Shown here piece after piece: positions 1-11,247 of a DNA stretch of 40,444 nt. How positions within the stretch are numbered: the stretch's first letter is position 1; each line of letters begins with the position of its first letter. This stretch comes from Nemertoderma westbladi. Its lineage: Eukaryota; Animalia; Xenacoelomorpha. The DNA lies in NCBI GenBank assembly GCA_032718475.1, contig JAUCBJ010000694.1, positions 1 to 40,444 on the forward strand, written 5' to 3'. Below the pieces are notes generated by a model. It had not been told where the DNA came from. It did no database searches and saw nothing but the letters and a program-made list of their open reading frames with translations. Made by a program: the position numbers and the translations under genes.

Positions 1-1331
1 TATATTTAGAGGCAAAGCTTTGATTAGGACGGGTGCTATTCCTGTTGCGCTTTTATTTATTTTTAGGGAGTCTATGGCGTCATCTACTTCAATGGCTGTG
101 ATTGGGTCGTCTAGCAATGGTATATATGGGGAGTTTGACGTATCAATCGTTTCTAAAGAAGTGGCATCCTCGTTATTTAACAACTTCGAGAAGTGGTTCT
201 TAAAATCGTTATCAGTAGGTGTGTTAGTTGTTGTGTTGTTTCCTACGTCAATACAACCTTTCCAATTAATCGAGGTCCATATGGCTTTTGCATCGTTCGA
301 GCTTAATAAATTTTCCCATTGTTTATAATTTGTTTTTCTTGTAGCTGCCGGGTGAAATTCTTTTGTGTGTAACTTACCGCTCCATCTAAAGCATTCTTAG
401 CCTGGTAATTAAATTGTTCCAGCCAATCTGTTACTGAGTCTATATTGCTAGGCAGGTTCTCAAGGTTCACGTTTTCGGTAATGTTTCGTCCAAATGTTGT
501 TGTATTTAGTACACCATTGTTCGTCACCTTCACATTCCCTGATCTATTCTTACACTTATCAAGATATATCGATCCGCCAAGATTCTGTGAGCTCAGTATG
601 AGTTTATTCCAATCGCGTTTCTGTAATCCAGTGACATTGATTTCGAGAGCTGCATGATCAGATGGTAGTGTTAAGTCTTGATTTATAAAAATATCTATTT
701 AAAATTTTTCTGTGGAGGTTATCTTTCTAGAGACTAAACAAAGGTCAACTTGACTCACCCATTTGGTCTTGCGTCGGTATGTAAGATCACTGGCCGCTGG
801 TGGTACGTTATTAATCACTTTTAGATTACAATCTTTGGCTAGTTTTTCAATCTCTATTCCATGTGCGTTTTTGGGTTTATATAGGTGTCCATTGAGGTCG
901 CCAAATATTATTGGCTGTTTACCCGAGAGGCAAAACCCTTGTAGAATACCCCATACGCAATTATTATAGTATGAAGAATCTTTGGGTTCAATGTAACAGC
1001 CGCAAAACAGTGTGTCCGTGTAGGATTGAAATTCGATTGAAATAAAGTTTGTGTACTCGGTATTTACAGAGACTACATCTTCTAGCAATTTATTTTTCAC
1101 CAACAGGGCGATGCCACCGTGAGTTCCTTTACGATTTGGGTTACAGAAAATTTTAAATCCTGGTACCGATATCTTAGCGCAGGATTTAATTTCATAAATC
1201 CAGACGAGATCAAAGTCATTTAAGTAATTAAAAATTTTCTCAATTTTTAGCTTGTCCCGTAATGTACCTATATTCCATGACAGAATATGAAGTTTATCAT
1301 CGTACTCACATTTATCTTTGCCGCCTCTGTT
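1..1331 (-). pseudogene. LINE ORF2 N-terminus (APE endonuclease), frameshifted
   Basis: Frame open from 1331 to 699 (LHILSWNIG…WIYEIKS…HGGIALLVK…IFGDLNG). It continues in other frames (SDHAAL, WTSINWKG, PLLDDPI). Confidence 0.85.
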
Positions 1332-2153
1332 CTAAGCCATGAAGTTTGGCTTATAGCGATCTATTATCGTCCCATCTCGGTACAACGTTCCCGTTTTGTA
1401 TTCGTAGAAGATTTTACATCCTTGGTTCTCAGGTTTAGCTTTCTCAGCATTCTCGACTTCTCGGAGCCTCGCCCGCTCTCTCCGAATCGCTGGATGTGTA
1501 TCCTTCTTTATGTATACTTTCGTATACTCCGTGATGGTTTTCAACTTCTTTGACATATTCAGTATCTGTTCTCTATCCTGTCGCTTTTGAAACTTTAGTA
1601 GTAAAGGCCGTGTTCTCCTGTTTGCAGCTCCAATCCTTCCGTTACCCGCTCCCGTGGCATCCTCGTTTGCTTTCCCAAGCCTGCGAAACTCAACGTTGTT
1701 TACTGAGATTTCGTTTGTCTGTTCACCCGTATTGAGAGTTCGGAATAACTTCTTAAGTGCATCGCCATCATCGGTCGTTTCTTCTGGCAAACCCAGTACG
1801 ACGAGGTTATGTGCTCGTATATCCATATCAATACTCTCAAGATACCGCTGTTGATTTCTAATAACGTTATAACATACACCTAACTCTTCACGCATCTTGC
1901 CAAACTCGTTATTAAATTTATCCTCAAAATAGCCTTTTAGATTGTGTATTTCTTTGATAATCTCGTTCTCAGCCATTGTAGACCTACCTGCTGTATCGCC
2001 TGTTTGATCTTGAGGAGGAGGTTCATCGATTATATTGCGTAATATCGATCGCATCTCTTCATTCTTTAAACTGTTAAGTCTACTCTTACCTAAATTTCTG
2101 AGACCCATTATAGTAGTCGGGGTGGACATTTTTACAGTTCGGGAGCGGCTCAC
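1332..2153 (-). CDS. LINE ORF1 protein (coiled coil + RRM-like nucleic-acid-binding region)
   Basis: Motifs NLVVLGLPE, RRLGK, RPLLLKF, KKLK..VYIKKD; clearly homologous to ORF 16558-17370 (shared HPAI..E..RLR, AEKAKPEN, IIDR). Confidence 0.85.
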   Translation of the reverse strand: MSRSRTVKMSTPTTIMGLRNLGKSRLNSLKNEEMRSILRNIIDEPPPQDQTGDTAGRSTMAENEIIKEIHNLKGYFEDKFNNEFGKMREELGVCYNVIRNQQRYLESIDMDIRAHNLVVLGLPEETTDDGDALKKLFRTLNTGEQTNEISVNNVEFRRLGKANEDATGAGNGRIGAANRRTRPLLLKFQKRQDREQILNMSKKLKTITEYTKVYIKKDTHPAIRRERARLREVENAEKAKPENQGCKIFYEYKTGTLYRDGTIIDRYKPNFMA

Positions 2154-2293
2154 CGGTCTGCGAGGCCGTCGGTACCGGTACTAATTTCAGGTTCAGTACC
2201 GGTCAGCAGTACAGCAGTACAGCAGTGTTACAATAGTCAGTCTATACAATATTCAATTACAATAAACTATAACAAGTCTATACAATTACAATA

Positions 2294-4272
2294 CAGGTGG
2301 TATTGTACCATAAAGCTGGGCGTTTGTCATGTGTTGTCTCCAGCTGATGTTTAGGGCTGCCCTTAGTAGTCTTGTGTAGCAACCATCAATTCGTTGTTTA
2401 AGTGATTTAGTCAGTGTCCAGGTCTCACCCCCGTATAAAAATACACTTTCCACTGTGGCTCGAAAGAACTTGGTCTTCAGGTGCCTGGAGAGATCTGATT
2501 TCCAGATGGTATCCATTTTTGATAGAGCTACCCAAGCCTTTGCTTTCCTAACTTCTATGTCCTTTTTGCTACTCTCTATCCATGATCCAAGGTACTGGAA
2601 GTCATCGACCTTCCTTAGTTGATTATTATCAATGGTTGTCAAGTTTCCATCAACATTAAAGGTCATGAATTCGGTCTTGGTAGCATTTATATGCAATCCA
2701 ACCTCCTTAGCAGCCCTCTCCACTTTATTTAGTAGAAGCTGTGCATCTGCTAGCGTATTAGAGAGCAGGGCGATGTTATCCGCAAAGTCGGTGTCTGTGA
2801 CTGTAGTTGCCGGATATCTACTACTTCTGTGTTCTTGAAGTGTGAATCCCAGATCTTCACCCTTTGTGGCCGTCCTCATTGCGTAATCCAGCACAATTAC
2901 GAATAGTAATGGTGCTAATGTGTCACCTTGCAGTACGCCAGCCAGGATTGAGAAAAACTCAGTTTCACCATCTGGTGAGAGTACCTGCGCTTCTGTGTCA
3001 CAATATAACAATCCAATGCCAGCAACAATTACTTCTGGTATTCCATAAGCTCTTAGGATTTCAAGCATTTTACCTCTATGGATGGAGTCGAATGCCTTCT
3101 TGAAGTCCACAAAAGTCATGACTGCGGGGAGATTCTTTGACTTAATTCCTTCTATCAGTCTCCGTAGTGCAAGTATCTGAGCTATTGTTGATCTACTTGG
3201 TCGAAATCCGTTTTGGCTCTTACGCAGTAGTTTCTCTATGTGAGGCCTAATCCTATATAGAATCATTTTATTGTATATTTTGGCAGCTACCACAAGCAGA
3301 CAGATCCCACGATAGTTTGTTGGTATGCCGAGGTCTCCTTTCTTGGGAGAGGCTTTAGTTGACCTTTAGTCCAAATTGGTGGTGGCTTTTCCCCTTTTAA
3401 CATCCGGTTGCAAACATTCAATAATGGTCTATTTAGCACTCCGGTTTTCCATACCTCCGCTGGGATTTCATCTAATCCACTCGCTTTATTATTGGACATG
3501 CTTTTAATGCTTCTTTGGAGTTCGGCAGGTGTGAAGTCCCCTGTTTCTATAGGTAGTGTCTTGTCATATATTTTCCTTGTAGGGCTGACCTCGATGTTTG
3601 GTGGCTGCCCAAGCAAGTTGCTGAAGTGATTTTTCCACTTCCCAACACGTTCTTCAGGACTATCGGCTTTGAGGCGCCCCTTTGCACAACTGTTCCGACC
3701 AGATACCTCATTTACAGTTTGCCAGGTAAGTCTTGATTGTTGCTGTATGTGAGCAGTTGTAATTGCTTCAGTTTTATCCTGTATGTACTTTTCCTGGCTG
3801 ATGTTGTAGGCCAATTTAAGATCGTCCTTAGCTTTCTCAACCTTGTTAATGTTTTCGGTTGTTGGTTTTTCGGTTTTAACTTTGTAGGCTATCTTAAGAT
3901 CTTCTCTCTTACAAGTAACCTCAGAGTTTTGCCATGGCACATACTGTTTTCGTTTAGGTTTCTGGGGGATATGCCTCTTAGCTGATTCCTTGTGGGCTGT
4001 TATTATATTCTGGTATATTGAATCGGTGGATTGGTCTTCATCCATTGACTGAAGTGCTTCAAAGCGGTTTTGAACTTCTACTGTATAAGCATCCTTTACA
4101 GCATTGTCAGTTCTGAGTTTCTCCCAGTCATAGTTGATTTTCTTGCTTGTCCTGGGTTTGCTGGCTCTCAAACTGAGTCTGATCTCTGCAGTCACAATTC
4201 TGTGGTCCGAACCAATTAGGTTGAACGAACTGTATGCCTCACAGTTGATCATGCTATTTCTCCACTTTTTCT
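2294..4272 (-). mobile_element. RTE-clade LINE fragment, inactive (endonuclease C-terminus + reverse transcriptase)
   Basis: Motifs GSDH, KASGLDEIP, QNGFRPSRST, FVDFKKAFDS, GVLQGDTLAP, YLGS. The catalytic FADD is mutated to FADN and there is a frameshift at ~3290-3350. It is cut at the 3' end by the 5' end of the adjacent LINE. Confidence 0.9.
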
Positions 4273-4379
4273 CCATTTCTTGAATAAATAGACCTAATAG
4301 TAATAAATATTGTTGGCAAATACATTTATATTACTAATATAATAATTAAGGATAAATACTCCTAATACTAATATAATTG

Positions 4380-5373
4380 TTATGGATAAATAGTCCTAAT
4401 ACTATTATGAAAGGAACTCAAACAAACAAATGTCAATAGCGTCCTCCTACGCGGGCATATACTGTACGAGAGTTTTTTTATCATAGGTCTTCGAAAATAA
4501 GTAAAAGCTGGTTGATTTTCTTTACTTTCATCTTCCTCATTAACCAACTGTTTCTTAATTTTATTCAACTGTTCATTAATTTTCAGTAATTTACTTTTAT
4601 TTCCCAGAACTTGTCTTACTATCTCTTCTCTATTTTCCTCATTTTCTTCCATTTGTTTAATAAATTTCCGCATTTGATTTTTGTTTCCTAATATTTGTCT
4701 CAATATCTCTTCTTTATTTTCATCATTCTCTTCTAAATGTTTAATAATTTTCCGCAATTTATTCTTATTTCCAAGTAATTGTCTCAATATTTCCTTATTA
4801 TTATCATTTTCATCATCTTTTTCACTTTCCTGACCTTCACTTTCTTCGTCCTCTTCCCCGCCTTCACTTTCTTCATCCTCTTCCTGCTCTTCACTTTCTT
4901 CAACCTCTTCCTGTTCTTCACTTTCATCATTCTCTTCCTGACCTTCGCTTTCTTCACCCTCTTCCTGACCTTCACTTTCTTCGTCATCTTCCTGACCTTC
5001 ACTCACTTCGTTCTCAACCTCACTCTCTTCAACTTCATCCTGACCCTCACTATTTTCATTCTCCATCTCATCGTCCTCTTCTTATTCACCTTTCTCACTC
5101 AAATTTTCATCATTTTCTAGGGGTAACTGTTTTTGTATCCCTTTCAAAATAATCATAACTTTATGAAATTTATTTTCCATTGTCTGTTTTATCTTTAACA
5201 TCATGCTCATCTCTCTTTTTCTTTTCATCTTCACTAAAAATATCTTCGGATTTTTTAAATTTCTTTGGTAATGGATCCATTAGTTTATTCTTTCTATGTC
5301 TTTCCATATGACGAGATAGATTGTCTTGTCTCATTTCTTTATTACAAACCAAACATCTTTCATAACTAGGCAT
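4380..5373 (-). pseudogene. Disrupted ORF: C2H2 zinc finger + acidic low-complexity repeat + 3x ~27-aa coiled-coil repeat; unknown origin
   Basis: CLVC-x12-H-x3-H in 5170-5373; (EESEGQEED)n and (EILRQLLGNKNKL…)x3 in 4380-5066; stops lie between the two ORFs. Confidence 0.45.
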
Positions 5374-6149
5374 TATATAGCAATGTCAATTGATATTATG
5401 AATTTTCGTTGGATGATTTTACAAAATTTTAAATAAATAAAACTTTTATGAAAATAAATAAAACTTTTAAAAATAAAAATTAGAGAATGAATGGGAATGC
5501 GGTGAATGGGGGCTATTATAGAGGGAGGCTAGAATGGAGTTGTGAAAGAAGAATAATCTATTGCAAAACCAGATGTTTATTATAATTTTCTTAGGCGATT
5601 TGACAATGGTTTGCATGATAACGAGGCTGGAGGTTTAAATAATTTAAAATTTGTGGCAGGTCCATGTTGGTATACAGTATAACTCAACATAGGATTAAAA
5701 GGGATTAGTCATGCTACGTCTAATAAGAGCCCAAACAGCCACAGATTATTGAGGGATTGAGCTAGGACCAAACTGGCCCACTTTATTTTCGTGTGAGGCT
5801 AATTTATGTTTTGGGCCCCGTTCTCATCTTTATATTTCATTCTACGTTTACCTTCTATTGTACGACAAAAATAATACAAATGTACTGTATATTGTATTAT
5901 TGTTCCTATTGTATTGTATATTTCATCTACTGTAGTACAATCTATTCATCGCGCGTCCCTATCTGATTGATTTGTGTCAAATTAAATTGCCTTTGGCAAC
6001 ATTATTAGATACAAATCAATTGATTAAACAATTAATTAATTGTTTAATCGACCAATTAATTAATTGTTTAATTAATTAATGACCTACTTAACACCCAAGG
6101 TGCGAAGTAGGTCCAACTGTCGCCGAAGTAGGGTAAACCATTACTACTG

Positions 6150-7230
6150 ACATCTGAATGTTATCTTTGTTGACTTCTTCAAGGCCTTTGATTCAGTATC
6201 TCGCTCACTTATGTTCACGTTCAGCATACTTTCATTATATTGGATTCCTGATGAAATTCTAGCATCAATCAGATCAGTATATCATGGTTTGACGACATTT
6301 GCGAATACTGTTGATGGTGACACAGATTCATTCGAAGCGTACCTTACTGATCAAGACTTTGCTGATGACTTAGGAGTACTCTGAGAATCACTAGAGGGAG
6401 TCCATCGGCTCCTCAGCTCATTAGAACACGCTGCTTCTAGTGTTGGTCTTTTTTTAACTCCAGGAAGACAAAATGTTGACAGTTAACTTTGAAAGTCCTC
6501 AGGAAATGTCTGATGGTATGAGCATAAGCTCAAAGGATGGTAGGCTTGAGCATGTGGACGACTTCTGTTACCTGGGATCATGGATCCGAAAGTCAGGTGA
6601 TGACCTTCGAATACGTAAGGGAAGGCATGGGCAGCCTTGAATAGGCTTTCCAGGATTTGGAAGTCACCTAGAATTCATCGGAAACTTAAGGTCCGATTAT
6701 TTAGAGCAGCAGTAGTTCCAGTACTCCTCTGTGGGAGTCCATGATGGGCTCTAACTGCTTAGGACACCAAATCTCTGAATGGCATATTCACAAGAATGCT
6801 ACGCCGGGTTCATTGTGTCAAGTACAATGCACACATTTCCAACCAGACACTATATAACTTTGGGGGTGTCTCATTGATTCCCCCAAGCTTGACACTTGAA
6901 CATACCCGCCTCCGCTTTGCAGGACATTGTTTACGCCGTGAGGACCTGCTACTACTACTAGGATCGGCATGCTGCATTGCAACTGCATTGTTAAGAATGC
7001 TGTGCCGGCTTGTCAACAAAATGAGGACCAGCCTGTGCACAATCTAGTACTTTGGCAGCCCCATGGAGAAAACAAGCATGGTGGACAGCCCATGATTTTC
7101 GTGAGACGCCTCCTAAAGGACATTGATCTTGAAGATGCGGATAATCTCGCAAAAGCCATGGTGGATAGGGAGTTGTGGCGGTGCAACTTTGTTGATAAGC
7201 TGTCATAGCATTCTTAATGCAGGCTGCATT
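6150..7230 (+). mobile_element. Decayed RTE-clade LINE 3' fragment
   Basis: Remnants of FVDFFKAFDS, DFADDLG, DDFCYLGSW, RLRFAGHCLRRE and LVLWQP, with many stops and indels. Confidence 0.85.
6947..7021 (-). mobile_element. 75-bp 5'-truncated retrocopy of the 3' end of the same RTE family
   Basis: Flanked by an 8-bp direct repeat TGAGGACC (6939-6946, 7022-7029). It has a (TAG)n tail on the - strand, and 6991-7020 is an inverted match (26/30) to 7188-7217. Confidence 0.75.
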
Positions 7231-7920
7231 GGGCTTGTCAATTGTGGATTGCATGGTGGTGGCAAAATGTTTTTGTTAAACTGGCATATCATCTTAATGT
7301 GCAGTTTTAATGCAGCTGGCCGATTATAGAAAAATCTAATATTGAATATATGTAAAATCGTATAATGCATTGCACAATTCTACAGATAGGTAGGTGAATA
7401 CTGAATAGGTAGTGTTTTTAGTCACATACAATATAATTCTGTATGTTGATGACCCTAGAACTATTAATTTTTTTTAATGTACGTATGTATAGAAAGTATA
7501 TGTATTTTGTATGTATTTAATAATATATTTGTTTTGTATTCTATTGTTGCTTGTATAGATTTTTTATGTTTAAATATGCAATACAATGCCAACTCATTAA
7601 TTAATAATTATTATTAAATACATCCCGTGTATTTTTTGTAACTTTCAGAAAATATGATTATCGTATTATAAAAAGTGCCCTTTTTTAACACTTTTGCTGC
7701 CCCCGTCGCACAAATTTGCTTCCTGCGCCCCTGATTGTTGTGACGGACGTGTTAAGGGAAGGGAGCAGGTTAATGTTACGCCTAAAGTGGCACCTTATTC
7801 TAACCTAAACAATAAACGAAAAAGTCAATAGAACAGGTCACTACTGCTTTACTTGTAATACTGTAAGATTAAATCCGTTGTTATTAAATATCAGTGTTAA
7901 TTAAATTTTCTTCTTCGCAT

Positions 7921-7980
7921 TACAGTAGCCTACAGTAGCCTACAGTAGCCTACAGTAGCCTACAGTAGCCTACAGTAGGC
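7921..7980. repeat. (TACAGTAGCC)n tandem repeat, ~6 copies
   Basis: 10-bp unit read directly from the sequence. Confidence 0.95.
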
Positions 7981-8329
7981 CTGTACGTACTGTAGAACTC
8001 AAAGTTAGTTAAACCATCTTCATCTAGACTGGCATACTTTGGCCACAAAATATTATTTTTTAGTCAAACAAGTTTATTAAATAAAACAACCTGATTCCAT
8101 TTTTAAGGATATTGTTCAATATTTCGCCCTCCTAATATTTGGTACCACCAGCTTCTGGTACTATAATAATGGGTGGGCAAAATAAGTGGCAAAAATATTT
8201 GCGTTTAAAAAAAACGGAAATTTTAACATATATCAGTAAGTTAATATTCTATTATAAAGTATCCGAAAGTTTCACACTTATGTTATATCATTATTAACAT
8301 ACTGCAGATATTAATAATTAATGTTCCAG

Positions 8330-8914
8330 ACTTGCCGAATACTATAACCATTATCTCGGATTCCATTACCAACGGACGGATTACAAAGAAAAAAGATGAA
8401 TCGTTGGTATTAAAATGTTCTGTTGATGAATTCAATGTGGATCCATCTTGGTCCTGGTATGTTGATGGTATTAAAGATGTTACTGAACCATCTTTATCAA
8501 CATATAGAATAGACCCTTTAGGCGCCGACGATGGTGGTGATTATAAGTGCGAGTTTACCGGTCGTTACAGCAACGGTGAGGAAGAGAGTATCGAAAGTCC
8601 AACGATACCGGTAATTGTACAATATTGTGATCTGCGACTGGAAGTTTCTGGTACTTCTTATACTCTAAACACTTCTAAACTAATCATAAGAAATATGACA
8701 GACCATAATGACCCAATAGAAGTAAAGTGGATTCCAGATAACTGCAATATATATGTTGGTTATATTTGGAGTGGCGACTTCGTAACCGGTGGAGATGAAG
8801 TTAGGAATATCGAAATAAATAGATCTTCAGGGAATTACACAACTACAGCCGAATATAGGTTTTATGATTCATCAACTATTACAGAGTCATTCACTATTGA
8901 GTTAATAGTTCAGT
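8330..8914 (+). CDS. Internal coding exon of an Ig-superfamily (nephrin/sidestep-like) cell-surface protein; one Ig domain plus a degenerate Ig-like domain
   Basis: LKC…WSWY…DDGGDYKC Ig signature. Acceptor ttccAG at 8328-8329 (phase 1; an alternative in-frame AG ends at 8307). Donor CAGT|GTAAGT at 8915. Confidence 0.85.
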
Positions 8915-10153
8915 GTAAGTAACAATAAACTACTGTAAATATTACCCTCCATCACTGTTAGTAGAACAGGAGTCATTCACTATTGAGTTAATAGTTCAGT
9001 GTAAGTAACAATAAACTACTGTAAATATTACCGTCCATCACTGTTAGTAGAACAGGAGTCATTCACTATTGAGTTAATAGTTCAGTGTAAGTAACAATAA
9101 ACTACTGTAAATATTACCCTCCATCACTGTTAGTAGAACAGGAGTCATTCACTATTGAGTTAATAGTTCAGTGTAAGTAACAATAAACTACTGTAAATAT
9201 TACCCTCCATCACTGTTAGTAGAACAGGAGTCATTCACTATTGAGTTAATAGTTCAGCGTAAGTAACAATAAACTACTGTAAATATTACCCTCCATCACT
9301 GTTAGTAGAACAGGAGTCATTCACTATTGAGTTAATAGTCCAGTGTAAGTAACAATAAACTACTGTAAATATTACCCTCCATCACTGTTAGTAGAACAGG
9401 TGTCATTCACTATTGAGTTAATAGTTCAGTGTAAGTAACAATAAACTACTGTAAATATTACCCTCCATCACTGTTAGTAGAACAGGAGTCATTCACTATT
9501 GAGTTAATAGTTCAGCGTAAGTAACAATAAACTACTGTAAATATTACCCTCCATCACTGTTAGTAGAACAGGAGTCATTCACTATTGAGTTAATAGTCCA
9601 GTGTAAGTAACAATAAACTACTGTAAATATTACCCTCCATCACTGTTAGTAGAACAGGTGTCATTCACTATTGAGTTAATAGTTCAGTGTAAGTAACAAT
9701 AAACTACTGTAAATATTACCCTCCATCACTGTTAGTAGAACAGGAGTCATTCACTATTGAGTTAATAGTTCAGTGTAAGTAACAATAAACTACTGTAAAT
9801 ATTACCCTCCATCACTGTTAGTAGAACAGGAGTCATTCACTATTGAGTTAATAGTCCAGTGTAAGTAACAATAAACTACTGTAAATATTACCCTCCATCA
9901 CTGTTAGTAGAACAGGTGTCATTCACTATTGAGTTAATAGTTCAGTGTAAGTAACAATAAACTACTGTAAATATTACCCTCCATCACTGTTAGTAGAACA
10001 GGAGTCATTCACTATTGAGTTAATAGTTCAGTGTAAGTAACAATAAACTACTGTAAATATTACCCTCCATCACTGTTAGTAGAACAGGAGTCATTCACTA
10101 TTGAGTTAATAGTTCAGTGTAAGTAACAATAAATATTACCCTCCATCACTGTT

Positions 10154-11247
10154 TTTATTTATTTATTTATTTATTTAAAACTCGACATTAAAATATGTGA
10201 AATACACATAACATAGAAACATACATACAGAACAAAGAATACACAAAAGGTCGAGGGAGGGAAACTGCCCAGGCTCAAGGCACTTACGGGAGTTTGGGTA
10301 CTATAAAGTAAACATAAAATATACTGTAATGCACATACAGTACACATTACAAATTGCTATAATATTTTAAATTTCTAATAAAATTGAGACTTATAAAAAG
10401 AAAACGAGACGAAAAACTAAAACAATAAAAAAAAATGACAAAAAAGATATTTGTCACTGTTGTGCTAAAAATAATGGATTGCCAGGGGGTCGTGTAAAAT
10501 TAAAGTGTTCCAAAAAGTCGATCGCCTGCAACTTGCGTGAAAATATGTTCAGGTTACAAGAATCAACTACTGAAGAAGGGAGATTATTCCATATTCTGAC
10601 TGCACGAGATGAGAAAGAATGTTTGCTGATATCTAAACGACACCTAGGTACGTAAAGTTTCCTACTGTTGCCACGAAGACCAGCTCGGGGAGCTTGAGAG
10701 AAATAATTATCAAAGTCAAGATCAACAAGACCTTGTGTAATTTTGTAAACCATTTTTAGGTCGAATATCATTCGACGCACTTCTAAAGGTTGTAGGAAAA
10801 GCAATTCGAGGCGGTCCATGTAGCTAGAGTAGGGTAACTTACAGCGCATAAACAGACGACGAGTAAAGTAGCGTTGAACACCCTCAATCATGTCTATGCT
10901 GCGTTTTGTATGTGGAGACCAGACAGGCGCGCAATATTCTACAAGTGGCCGAGCTATGGCTTTATAAGCTATTATTAAAGCTTGACGGTTACTAGTTACG
11001 ATGCTCCTGAATAACATATTGATAACTTTGTAAGCTTTTGCTGTTTGGTCTCTACAATAAAGATCAAATTTTAGATCGGATGAAATTGTTAGGCCCAGGT
11101 CCTTACAGTGTGTATCAGAGGTGAGCACAGACGGATTGAGAGTGTATTCGCGCTTCGCATTGGATGAGCCAACATAAATAACAATACATTTATGGGTTGC
11201 AATAGAGAGCTGCCATTCGTTCGCCCATGCCTCCAGCTTGCTGAGTG
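10154..11247 (-). mobile_element. 5'-truncated CR1-like LINE, copy 1 (RT C-terminus + 3' UTR + (TAAA)n tail)
   Basis: Motifs WQLSIA..KC, KDLG, RPLVEYCAPVWSP, EGVQRYFTR, LRGN..KL, FSSRAVRIWNNLP. Flanked by CTGTT repeats. Confidence 0.92.

Larger units (their letters stand above)
1..2293 (-). mobile_element. Two-ORF non-LTR retrotransposon (RTE-X-like, same group as 12879-19140); 5' part only, runs off the left edge; ORF2 frameshifted
   Basis: ORF1 (1332-2153) is followed by APE endonuclease motifs (LSWN, GGIALL, GDLNG, VDLCL, SDH) spread over several frames. The 5' UTR has CTGTA repeats and begins TATTG at ~2293, as the 12879-19140 element does. Confidence 0.85.

Noticed and set aside
4779-5120. 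Hydrophobic F/L/I-rich + strand ORF (and S/L/R-rich ORFs at 29486-30283)
   Set aside because: Antisense shadows of purine-rich low-complexity coding sequence.
6020-6135. TTAATTAA repeats and a GACCTACTT…AAGTAGGTC hairpin
   Set aside because: Probably a TE remnant; too short to assign boundaries or function.
7690-7732. Possible hAT/MITE terminus (…GCGCCCCTG)
   Set aside because: No matching inverted end or TSD found in the window.
7905-7985. Acceptor-like pyrimidine tract + ACAG before the microsatellite as an extra exon
   Set aside because: Followed by a 10-bp tandem repeat with stops, and no convincing donor.
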